A stretch of DNA of 64,000 nt, from assembly GCA_965205645.1 (NCBI GenBank), contig OZ242172.1:576122-640121 (forward strand). Direction: 5' to 3'. Shown piece after piece: positions 9,581 to 17,572 of this stretch (positions are counted from its first letter, which is position 1; every line of letters starts with the position of its first letter). Below the pieces are notes generated by a model. That model was not told the origin of the DNA. It did no database searches and was given only the letters and a program-made list of their open reading frames with translations. The DNA comes from Bdellovibrionales bacterium. GTDB lineage: Bacteria; Bdellovibrionota; Bdellovibrionia; Bdellovibrionales; UBA1609. The translations under genes and the position numbers were made by a program.

Positions 9581-9631
9581 TTTCTCAGGTAAAAATTTCT
9601 GTTCAAAGATTCAGACATATGTTTTGCCACC
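9581..9631 (+). repeat. Solo half of a B-repeat
   Basis: tttctcaggtaaaaatttctgttcaaagattcagacatatgttttgccacc matches the TCAAAAG-TCAGACATGCGTTTTG arm of the B family. Confidence 0.6.
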
Positions 9632-9688
9632 TTGCCATTGGGTCGGCGAGGACATTTATTTGTTAAAATGATTTACTAGTTTCTTCAG

Positions 9689-9788
9689 TTAAAAATCCAC
9701 CTCAAAAGTTCAGACATGCGTTTTGTTGTAAAGCGGACTTGCAGTCGCTTTGCAACAAAGCCGAACTCGTTTTGAGATGGATTTTTAA
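9689..9788. repeat. B-repeat hairpin element (100 bp)
   Basis: ttaaaaatccacctcaaaagttcagacatgcgttttgttgtaaagcggacttgcagtcgctttgcaacaaagccgaactcgttttgagatggatttttaa. The outer 19 nt are perfectly self-complementary. Confidence 0.85.
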
Positions 9789-9797
9789 TTAAAGAAA

Positions 9798-9875
9798 TTT
9801 ACATGATTTGTAAATATAATATGCGTGCAAGGAATCGCGGTGAAGTCACTCCCCCTTGGGGGGGCTAAGGTCTGG
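9798..9875 (+). repeat. A-repeat copy (short-core variant)
   Basis: tttacatgatttgtaaatataatatgcgtgcaaggaatcgcggtgaagtcactcccccttgggggggctaaggtctgg. Confidence 0.8.
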
Positions 9876-9999
9876 ATTTTTATTTCGATTTCAGATTTTT
9901 TAATTCCATGACCGATACTTAAGTATAGTGAAGTATGCACAATAGGTCTTTGCTGACATAATTTATAAATGAGTGAGGTAAATACCAAATAGGTTGTCT

Positions 10000-11091
10000 A
10001 TGAAGTTTAAAATATTTGTTTTATTTATTTGTTTGGTAGTGGCTTATTTATCTGCTTGTGGTCTTTACAACAGTAGCACGGATGATGTGTTTAGTTATAG
10101 CAATTCTAGTCGCTCGGGAGATGCGGGTGACGGGGATATTCCGCGCTTGTCTGAACGTTCAAAATCACGTCCAGATTTAGACGATCAACCTTGTGAAGAT
10201 CGAGAGGCTTGTCGCATTGTGTGTAAGGCTATGTATGATGATGTAGATAGTGAAGAAGAGTGTGTAGAATTAACTTATGGCAAGGTGGAAGCTTTAGAGG
10301 AAGTGTATTTAGCTTTAAGAAATGGCGAAACTGACGACACTGACGAAAATGCCGATCCCAATTTAAATGACATAGATTTTGATGATTTAGAAGAATATTT
10401 AGATATTGGATGGGATGGTTGGCTAGATGTTGTGATTCCTAAACATGTAAGGGATAAAGATTATGATAAAATATTTAATACTCTAAAATGGATTGCAGAT
10501 AATGGTGGAGCATCGGATGCACTGATGAATGTCCGGCGAGACACTAGGTACGAGCACCATGGTATTTTAAAAGGATTATTTTTAAATTATTGTCGTCCTG
10601 ATTCTGCTGGCGGTTGTGGTGCAGATAGTAGTGTAACTACAGTAACTACTTCTGCAGATGTAGCTGTTGGTCACAGTATTGAGTTTGATTATAACGCTGG
10701 TGAATTAAAGTGTTCTATATCGTCGCCGTCACAGTCTGAAATAATAATTGCATCTATTACAGAAGATCGTAAGAAAGAATTATTGATTGCGTTGAGTGCA
10801 TTAGGATCTAACTATCTAAGTAGTATTCAAAGTTTTTTTAATTATGCAGCAAATCGTAGGTATGATAATGCTCTTGAGTTAGCTCATCAGCTATTGGAAG
10901 TTGCGTGTGAAACGGATTCTGGTACTGGGTCGGTTAAATTTGAGCAATGTATTCGTGGATTTTATTGTTGGTTAAATGCTCACCATTCTGATAGTGACAG
11001 TCAAATCCTGCCAGCCGATTTTGAAGAAATAGAAATGAGTTTAAATAGTATTAATTTATCCTGTACTTGCGCTAATTTTACAGACATATAG
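10000..11091 (+). CDS. Cys-rich acidic secreted lipoprotein, paralog family member 2
   Basis: Canonical lipobox LSA|C. CEDREACRIVCKAMY, LEEYLDIGWDGW, LKWIADNG and C-terminal CIRGFYCW motifs. Confidence 0.65.
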   Translation: MKFKIFVLFICLVVAYLSACGLYNSSTDDVFSYSNSSRSGDAGDGDIPRLSERSKSRPDLDDQPCEDREACRIVCKAMYDDVDSEEECVELTYGKVEALEEVYLALRNGETDDTDENADPNLNDIDFDDLEEYLDIGWDGWLDVVIPKHVRDKDYDKIFNTLKWIADNGGASDALMNVRRDTRYEHHGILKGLFLNYCRPDSAGGCGADSSVTTVTTSADVAVGHSIEFDYNAGELKCSISSPSQSEIIIASITEDRKKELLIALSALGSNYLSSIQSFFNYAANRRYDNALELAHQLLEVACETDSGTGSVKFEQCIRGFYCWLNAHHSDSDSQILPADFEEIEMSLNSINLSCTCANFTDI

Positions 11092-11121
11092 TCAGTGAAT
11101 ATTATTTAGATGTTTTAAAAT

Positions 11122-12294
11122 ATGGAAAAGGTAAAAAAGATGGAACAACAATTAAACAGTGATTTTAAAAAAATTAGACAGCCAACTACTTGGTTTTTTA
11201 TGGCTATGATTTTTATTTTTACTTTGCTAATAGGTATGGAGTTATTTGGTTGTTCGGGTCGTCCTGGTGCTTCTGGGGTATTTGATAATAATCAGAATCA
11301 ATTTTCTTCAGATGATAGTACGGAAAATTCCGGCATATTTGAAAGTGCTGATGGGCGATTAAATTCAGATGATTTGTGCTATAACAATGAATCGTGTGTG
11401 GAATTATGTAACTCTATGCTGAAAGATTTTTCCGATCAAAAGAGATGTTATTCTTATCAAGAAGTGGATGTGCAGGCGTTTAGGGATACTTATAACAATC
11501 TGGCTTTAGGTCAAAATTTAGGTGATGTAGACTCGGATGAAATGGAATCTTTTTTGGATTTTGGTGTGGAGATATGGCGGGACGCCATTACAGGTTTTGA
11601 GCGAGATTGGCAAAGTGGTTGTGAAGTAGGTGCAGATGAACGGCTAAGTGATTGCCAGGGTGATGATTATTATTTGCAACGTGGTTATACCCGGCAAGGT
11701 GCAGCAGCGGCGCTTAGTTGGATTGCCCGTAGTGATTGGCTCGCAAAACTATTGCTAGATTATGATAATGATTTTGTCGTTATAGACGCACTGGTTGCTG
11801 TTTTAATAGATCCTGATCTTCCTAAAAAATATATAAATTTAGATTCGCCTAATACAGAAGTGATTGAATCAATTAAAGTATTTCCTGATGAAGAGCAGTG
11901 TCGGTCATATGTTAATCCAACATCAGATAATGATCCAGCTGAACCTTTAACAGAAAATTTAGCATTTAATATTCCCTGTTTAGATCAGAATTTAAATTAT
12001 ATATTATTAGCTCGGAAATATGATAATGAAGAATCTATTTTGTTAGGTGATAGGTATTGTAGTTATCTGGGTGTAGATTGTACTTTAGAAACAGCTGAGA
12101 TTTTGTTTCAAGCCGCTCAAAATGAAGGCAGAGTATATTCTTTTATTTGTGATTTACTTAGAGATGCTGGACTGATCAGTAATTGTGGTAATGATGAATG
12201 CACAGCTTGTCAAAGTTTTCAGAGAATGCTTGGTAATCCTGTTTCTGCGTGTGAAGCTGATCCTATTACTGATCAGCAACCTTGTCTTCCTTAG
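11122..12294 (+). CDS. Cys-rich acidic secreted lipoprotein, paralog family member 3
   Basis: Lipobox LFG|C. CYNNESCVELCNSML, MESFLDFGVEIW and LSWIARSDW motifs, many further Cys. Start uncertain (several in-frame ATGs). Confidence 0.65.
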   Translation: MEKVKKMEQQLNSDFKKIRQPTTWFFMAMIFIFTLLIGMELFGCSGRPGASGVFDNNQNQFSSDDSTENSGIFESADGRLNSDDLCYNNESCVELCNSMLKDFSDQKRCYSYQEVDVQAFRDTYNNLALGQNLGDVDSDEMESFLDFGVEIWRDAITGFERDWQSGCEVGADERLSDCQGDDYYLQRGYTRQGAAAALSWIARSDWLAKLLLDYDNDFVVIDALVAVLIDPDLPKKYINLDSPNTEVIESIKVFPDEEQCRSYVNPTSDNDPAEPLTENLAFNIPCLDQNLNYILLARKYDNEESILLGDRYCSYLGVDCTLETAEILFQAAQNEGRVYSFICDLLRDAGLISNCGNDECTACQSFQRMLGNPVSACEADPITDQQPCLP

Positions 12295-12295
12295 T

Positions 12296-12332
12296 AAAAA
12301 ACCTTGTTTAAAAGTTCAGACATATGTTTTAC
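12296..12332 (+). repeat. Solo half of a B-repeat directly after the stop of family member 3
   Basis: aaaaaccttgtttaaaagttcagacatatgttttac. Confidence 0.55.
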
Positions 12333-12368
12333 TTCAGACATTTGTAAAAATGATTACAAAATTGTAAG

Positions 12369-12486
12369 TTTCTCTATTTAAAAACTCTACTCAAAACGAG
12401 TTCGGCTTTGGTGCAGAGCGACTGTAAGTCTGCTTTGCAACAAAACGCATGTCTGAGTTTTTGAGTAGAGTTTTTAAATAGAGAAA
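12369..12486. repeat. B-repeat hairpin element (118 bp)
   Basis: tttctctatttaaaaactctactcaaaa-cgagttcggctttggtgcagagcgactgtaagtctgctttgcaacaaaacgcatgtctgagt-ttttgagtagagtttttaaatagagaaa. The 28-nt outer arms are perfectly complementary. Confidence 0.9.
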
Positions 12487-12505
12487 TATACATCATAATT
12501 AGTGA

Positions 12506-12574
12506 AGTCGTGACAGGTGTGCAGCGGAGTTGCGGCGAAGTCACTCCCCCTTGGGGGGCGGGGCTTAGGTCTGG
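12506..12574 (+). repeat. A-repeat copy (short-core variant)
   Basis: agtcgtgacaggtgtgcagcggagttgcggcgaagtcactcccccttggggggcggggcttaggtctgg. Shares the trailing ggct(a/t)aggtctgg with the copy at 9798. Confidence 0.8.
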
Positions 12575-12770
12575 TAATTGGTGAAAAATCTAAGGAAATA
12601 TGTTTAAGAATCCGAATTTATATTAAGATAAAGATTGTGTCAGTAGACATCATCTGGAGAGATAACACAATAATAAACATTAAAAGTAATCATTGGACAT
12701 TAGTAAAAGCTGACAGAGTGATTAAGACATAATAAAGGATGAAAAAAAAATTAACGAAGGGGAATAGGCA

Positions 12771-13913
12771 ATGCGTGGAATTAAAGAAGTATGGAATTTC
12801 ATTTGTGGTGCAGATAAAAAACTTATTCAAAAAGTTTTTGGCATATTAGTCAGTGGTTTTATTTTAACGGCGATTGTGTCAGCGGGCTTTATGTCTTGCA
12901 CACCGAATTTTGATGTGGATTCTGGCAGTTCCAGGGATAGCAATAACAATAGTGATGACGACGATGATGACGAAGATGATGGAGAAAAGTGCCTAGGTCA
13001 CGAAACTTGTGAAAAAATTTGTGAAAAAATTTATTATGCAGGCAGAGATCAAGTGGATTGCCAGGAAGAAGGCAGGAACAAAGTTGGTCGTTTGGATGAA
13101 ATATATGATCTTTTAAAAACAGGCGATTCTAGAGATTTAGAGAAAATTTTCCCAGATGAAGATGGGGTAGAACTAGATGATTTGGAAGATTATTTAAATA
13201 TTGGTATTTCTGGTGTGGAGGATTTGATTGATGAGAATAGTAAGGGTGATGATTATTGGGATGACATAAATAAGTTGGGATCTGTTTTAAAATGGATTAT
13301 TGATGAAGAAGATGTAGCAAATGTGTTAAATGGGTTAGATGATAATGGAGGACATCGTATTTTAGAAGAGCTTCTTGATAGAATGGAGGTTACTAAAGAC
13401 GGCGATTGTATTAGTAAGAATAGCCTTGCTTGTGGTACTAGTCCAACTATTAATCACGTAAATCATTATGACTATGATAGTAATAGTGGCCAAATTGAAA
13501 TTTGTACTGATAATAGAGATCCAACATTAAAAGGATCTGTTGATCTAGTTAATGGCGCTGATATACAATTATATGATGCTTTATCTTGTGTATATAATGA
13601 CTTAAGGGCTAATGGAAAAGATCAAAATGTGTTTTCTTATGCTAGTGTAAAAAATAATAGCATTATTTTTAATATGGCTTATAATTTATTAAATGATATT
13701 TGTGAAAATGTAGATGATCGCGATCCTGATCATCAAAGAGCTTGTAGAAAAGCTTTACTTTGTTGGACAGGTGTTCAAAGTGAAGAAGGTGATGATCCAA
13801 ATGAAAATTTTTTTAGGGAGTATGTGAATGATCATAGAAATGATTTAGAAAAAGATAGCGGTGGTTCTGACTATAATCAATGTCAACCAAGACATTTTGC
13901 CGATTTCTTTTAA
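12771..13913 (+). CDS. Cys-rich acidic secreted lipoprotein, paralog family member 4
   Basis: FMS|C lipobox-like site, poly-Asp/Glu linker, CLGHETCEKICEKIY, LEDYLNIGISG, LKWIIDEEDV, CRKALLCW, C-terminal NQCQPRHFADFF. Closest paralog of member 5. Confidence 0.7.
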   Translation: MRGIKEVWNFICGADKKLIQKVFGILVSGFILTAIVSAGFMSCTPNFDVDSGSSRDSNNNSDDDDDDEDDGEKCLGHETCEKICEKIYYAGRDQVDCQEEGRNKVGRLDEIYDLLKTGDSRDLEKIFPDEDGVELDDLEDYLNIGISGVEDLIDENSKGDDYWDDINKLGSVLKWIIDEEDVANVLNGLDDNGGHRILEELLDRMEVTKDGDCISKNSLACGTSPTINHVNHYDYDSNSGQIEICTDNRDPTLKGSVDLVNGADIQLYDALSCVYNDLRANGKDQNVFSYASVKNNSIIFNMAYNLLNDICENVDDRDPDHQRACRKALLCWTGVQSEEGDDPNENFFREYVNDHRNDLEKDSGGSDYNQCQPRHFADFF

Positions 13914-14360
13914 CCAGTTTTTTTCATTTCCTTTCAGTGCATCTTAAATTAGCAAAAAAATCCATGGAATATTATTATGAAAAATTTAATTCCACAAATT
14001 GTACTAGAATTAGTTAGCCTTATTAATAAAAGGTTTAGTAGTAGTTTGACAGAAAAGGAAAAAGAAAAGGAAAAAGAAAAGCTCCAATTTTTGATTGAAC
14101 AAGTTGAGCAAAAATATAAAGATTTAAAAAATTTCATTCTTTATGTGGCTGTCGGGCAGTTTATTTTAACCATTGTTGCTATGAGTGCTATTGTAACTAT
14201 GGTTGTAAATAAGATTTAATGTGAAACAATATCCAATTCTTTCATAAAATTGATCTTTATAACAATATAGCCGTTTACTCCGCTGCTATTCCAAACTTTT
14301 GTATCTATAGTTTTTTATATTTTCTAATGATCTTAATATGTTTTATACAATGCATTGGCA

Positions 14361-14512
14361 CAGTCGTGACATGCGTGCAAGGATTCACAGCGGCCGGCGA
14401 CTCGCCGCAGACATTTACTTGTAAACTTAATTAGCAAAGTTGTGACATGCGTGCAAAGAACTCGCGGCGAAAATGTCACCGGCAACTCGCCGGCCACTTT
14501 GAAGGGGGTGGA
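14361..14512 (+). repeat. Two tandem A-repeat copies (variant with a CCGGCGACTCGCCGG-type hairpin)
   Basis: cagtcgtgacatgcgtgcaaggattcacagcggccggcgactcgccg... then tttacttgtaaac...gtgacatgcgtgcaaagaactcgcggcgaaaatgtcaccggcaactcgccggccactttgaagggggtgg. Confidence 0.75.
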
Positions 14513-15128
14513 ATGGATTTTGCTAGAAGAGCTTGCAGGATTGAAAAGTGTATTCATTCACAAGCAAGAGGGCCTTCAGGAAGAGGATTTTAAATTCTTT
14601 TTTTCTAAGATTCCTGCTGAATCCAGAAAAATTATGCTAAATTATGGTTTGAAGATAATAGATACTCAGGATTCAAAGGTACGAAAAGCTTATAAAGGTC
14701 ATCAATTAAGAGGTCGTGGTGTTATAAAGCTATTATCTGAGATATGGAGTATAAAAAGACCTGCTCCGTCTAAAGTAAAGGAAATTTTTCACGATTTTGC
14801 CGATATACTGAAAAAGCTGAAAGGAAAACAAAGAAAGGACACAAGTCTAAGGATACTGGAATACTTAATTGATAATACGGGCTTAGATTTAAGGACATGG
14901 AAGAAAGCAGAGAAGTTGATTATAGAAGAGGGAATTTTAACCAGAGGAGGTGTTATGGACATAAGAGAACATATTAAAGAAAAAGGCCGTTGGGAAGGAA
15001 GACAGGAACGAAACAAGGAAGTTATTTTAAATATGCTAAAAGAGAAGGCAGATATTTCCTTTATTTCCAAAATTACAGGTTTGTCTGAGAAAGAAATAAA
15101 GAAACTAAAAAACGGTTTTTCATTATAA
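14442..15128 (+). pseudogene. Rpn/YhgA-like recombination-promoting nuclease (putative transposase), C-terminal fragment only
   Basis: The C-terminus GRWEGRQERNKEVILNMLKEKADISFISKITGLSEKEIKKLKN resembles the tail characteristic of Rpn-family proteins. No PD-(D/E)XK core is visible, and the first ~24 codons are read from an A-repeat copy. Confidence 0.4.
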
Positions 15129-15150
15129 AAAATCTGAAGATCTAATTCCC

Positions 15151-15440
15151 CTATACATTCAGCTTCATTTTCGGGTGATCTGCTGAATACGATTAATGTC
15201 TTTCACATTTTGATTACTACTTTCTTTAAGCCATGATAAAGCGATTCACAAATTAAAGTATGTCCAATTTAATATATTAAATTCATTAAATCTTGTATTC
15301 ACTCCAGTGAATCTTGTTGACACTGAAACTTATTAAATACTTCACCACTTGATCTCAGTTATGTAAATTTTTCACCTGTGCATTTCTATGAGTAATTGTT
15401 TTATTGACATTAACACTCAGTCTGTCTATAAAATTTTCAG
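15151..15440 (-). pseudogene. Scrambled pdxJ gene fragments (duplicate of the pdxJ 3' end, middle and 5' end)
   Basis: 15151-15211 matches 17282-17342. 15213-15268 matches 16790-16848, with only about 3 mismatches by eye over ~50 nt. 15310-15440 matches 17385-17512. Order is rearranged and no ORF remains. Confidence 0.7.
15404..15432 (+). promoter_or_regulatory. Candidate sigma-70 promoter (duplicate of the pstS promoter) upstream of family member 5
   Basis: TTGACA, 17-nt spacer, TATAAA. Lies in the duplicated block homologous to 17478-17506. Confidence 0.4.
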
Positions 15441-15497
15441 CAGCTCATTCAGTGAAAATCACTCAATCTTATGACATACATCAAAAGGGATGTGGAG

Positions 15498-16658
15498 ATG
15501 ACTCAAAAGAAAAATTCTGATGCATTAATAAAGCCAGTTTTTAGTCATTTAACATTTGTCATCACATTGTTTCTACAATCAACCTTTATTAGCTTGTTAT
15601 TAGCACACCCTACATTCGCCCGTTCATCCATGACAGACCGGCCGATCATTGCTGTGGCAACCAATATCGATAGAGAGAGAAAAGGTGTGAATAATGAAAA
15701 AAAATGTATGGGTCACAAAACTTGTGAGATGTGTGAAAAAATTTATGGTGCGGACAATGATAAAATAGCTTGTCAAAAAGAGAGCCTTAACAAAGTAAAT
15801 CATTTGAATAAAATATATGCTTTTTTAAAAGATGGAGATTATGAGGATTGGGATAAATTTTTCCTGGATGAAGATGAAGTGAATCTAAAATATCTAAAAG
15901 ATTACTTAAATATTGGCGATTCCGGTATAGAAAATCTTATTAAGAATCATTGGAGTGAAGATCAACTGATAAAATTCTTACAATTGATTATTGATAAAAT
16001 ACAGGTAGCGGAAATTTTATATAACTTAGCTGGAGGAAAATATCTTTTAAAAGAAATACTTCTAGCAATAAGAAATAAAACCGATCAATGTATTGGAAAT
16101 AACACTCTTAATGATTGTAATGATTCACCACACGGACATTATGGCAGAACTGGTTATGGTGTAGATTATAGTTTAGACGATGACACCGTTAATATTTGTA
16201 CTGAGGATAAAAACCCCAGTTGGTCATATACATTGGATCATCTTTTTCCATTTCCCAAAGAATTCATTTGGAAGAAAAGGAGTTTTACTTTTTTAGATGA
16301 TGATAACACGTCATTATATGACGCTTTATCTTGTTTCTCATTAATAGATAAAAGTAGCTTTTCAATTACACATTACAATGTATTTTCTTATGCTAGTATG
16401 AAAGAAAATGATTTTATTTTTAATATGGCTTATGATTTATTAAATGATACTTGTGAAGATTTTGATACTGATGAGAACGATTATAAACAACTCTGCAAAA
16501 AAGTTTCGTTTTGTTGGATTCATGAAGTAGATGAGAAACAAGGAGAGAGGAGTTTTAAATATCTTGTTGAGTTTGACTATGATGATGGTTTAGAAGGGGA
16601 TAGCGGTGGTTCTAACTATAATCAATGTGCACCAAGACATTTTGCCGAATTCTTTTAA
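15498..16658 (+). CDS. Chimeric paralog family member 5: PstS-derived leader/signal peptide fused to the Cys-rich family domain
   Basis: N-terminus MTQKKNSDAL...LLLAHPTFARSSMTDRPIIAVA is homologous at DNA and protein level to the PstS N-terminus MTQKKRSNLL...LLLATSTLAYSSMTDMPLVAAS. The rest carries CMGHKTCEMCEKIY, LKDYLNIGDSG, CKKVSFCW and NQCAPRHFAEFF. Confidence 0.75.
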   Translation: MTQKKNSDALIKPVFSHLTFVITLFLQSTFISLLLAHPTFARSSMTDRPIIAVATNIDRERKGVNNEKKCMGHKTCEMCEKIYGADNDKIACQKESLNKVNHLNKIYAFLKDGDYEDWDKFFLDEDEVNLKYLKDYLNIGDSGIENLIKNHWSEDQLIKFLQLIIDKIQVAEILYNLAGGKYLLKEILLAIRNKTDQCIGNNTLNDCNDSPHGHYGRTGYGVDYSLDDDTVNICTEDKNPSWSYTLDHLFPFPKEFIWKKRSFTFLDDDNTSLYDALSCFSLIDKSSFSITHYNVFSYASMKENDFIFNMAYDLLNDTCEDFDTDENDYKQLCKKVSFCWIHEVDEKQGERSFKYLVEFDYDDGLEGDSGGSNYNQCAPRHFAEFF

Positions 16659-16753
16659 CCAGCTTTTTCGCTCAAGTTACTTTACATAGTATATTAACTG
16701 TGTAGTTAGAGAACCAGTAATATCTATCATTAAAGTATTTTAAATGACTAATT

Positions 16754-17503
16754 TTATAATTTCTCTGTCTGGCAGATATTTAGATACTTAGTCACTACCT
16801 TCTTTAAGCCATGATAAAGCGATTCACAAATTAAAGCATGCCCAATAGAAACTTCACTCACACCTGGTACTCTTTGCAAAAAATAAGAAAGATTGTCTAA
16901 ATTTAAATCATGTCCGGCATTGATTTCTATTTTTAAATTTTTTAACTGCTCGGCTGCGCGAACATAAACAGCCGTGACTGTTTCCCTCTGAACAGTAGGC
17001 CATGCATTTGCATAAGCTTCTGTGTAAAGCTCTACACGATCCGATTGAATTTTCTGCAAAGCGCTTAATTCGGATTCTTCTAAATTAAAAGGATCTACAA
17101 ATAAAGAAGAACGAACATAGTGTTTTTTTAAAAATAAAATATTTTCAGTTAATTGGTGTATATTTTCCTTAAGCTTCCAACCGGCATTAGAAGTAAGCGC
17201 ATCAGGAGAATCCGGTACGAAAGTGCACTGGCTTGGCTTCACTGATTCAATCAGTTGCAAAAACGACCGATCCGGATATCCCTCTACATTTAACTCCACT
17301 TCCGGGTGATCCGCTAAAATACCTTTAATGTCTTTTACATCCTGGTATAAAATGTGCCGCCCATCCGGACGCGGATGCACCGTAATGCTTGTCACACCGA
17401 AACTAATTAAATCCCGCACCACTTGTCTCAGGTTAGGCAAGTTTTTCCCCCTCGCATTTCTGAGAGTGGCAATTTTATTGACATTAACACTTAGTCTAGC
17501 CAT
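16754..17503 (-). CDS. pdxJ: Pyridoxine 5'-phosphate synthase
   Basis: LSVNVNKIATLRNARG, HPRPDGRHI and the EINAGHDLN-type motif; the 249-aa length is typical for PdxJ. Confidence 0.9.
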   Translation of the reverse strand: MARLSVNVNKIATLRNARGKNLPNLRQVVRDLISFGVTSITVHPRPDGRHILYQDVKDIKGILADHPEVELNVEGYPDRSFLQLIESVKPSQCTFVPDSPDALTSNAGWKLKENIHQLTENILFLKKHYVRSSLFVDPFNLEESELSALQKIQSDRVELYTEAYANAWPTVQRETVTAVYVRAAEQLKNLKIEINAGHDLNLDNLSYFLQRVPGVSEVSIGHALICESLYHGLKKVVTKYLNICQTEKL

Positions 17504-17506
17504 AAA
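17478..17506 (+). promoter_or_regulatory. Candidate pstS promoter lying inside the 5' end of divergent pdxJ
   Basis: TTGACA, 17-nt spacer, CATAAA, about 65 nt upstream of the pstS ATG. Conserved in the duplicated copy at 15404-15432. Confidence 0.35.
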
Positions 17507-17572
17507 ATCCTTAGGCGGTTTATTCAGTAAAAATCATTCAAGCTTATAACATACATCAAAAGGGATGTGGAG

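Noticed and set aside
13977-14219. 80-aa ORF with an EKEKEKEKEK run and a C-terminal hydrophobic segment.
   Set aside because: It is low-complexity AT-rich DNA (an aaaagg/aaaaga microsatellite) with an equally long antisense ORF (13949..14137). No RBS or homology signal, so it is not reported as a gene.
14354-14372. TGGCAC (ttggcacagtcgtgaca) as a possible sigma-54 -24 element. Other TGGCAC occurrences were also checked.
   Set aside because: There is no TTGC(A/T) at the correct -12 spacing, and the hexamer is adjacent to an A-repeat copy.
17440-17572. A Pho-box upstream of pstS, and in the duplicated copy at 15370-15497.
   Set aside because: I could not find a convincing pair of CTGTCAT-like direct repeats at 11-bp spacing. 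The PhoB consensus of this lineage is unknown, so only the -35/-10 candidate is reported.
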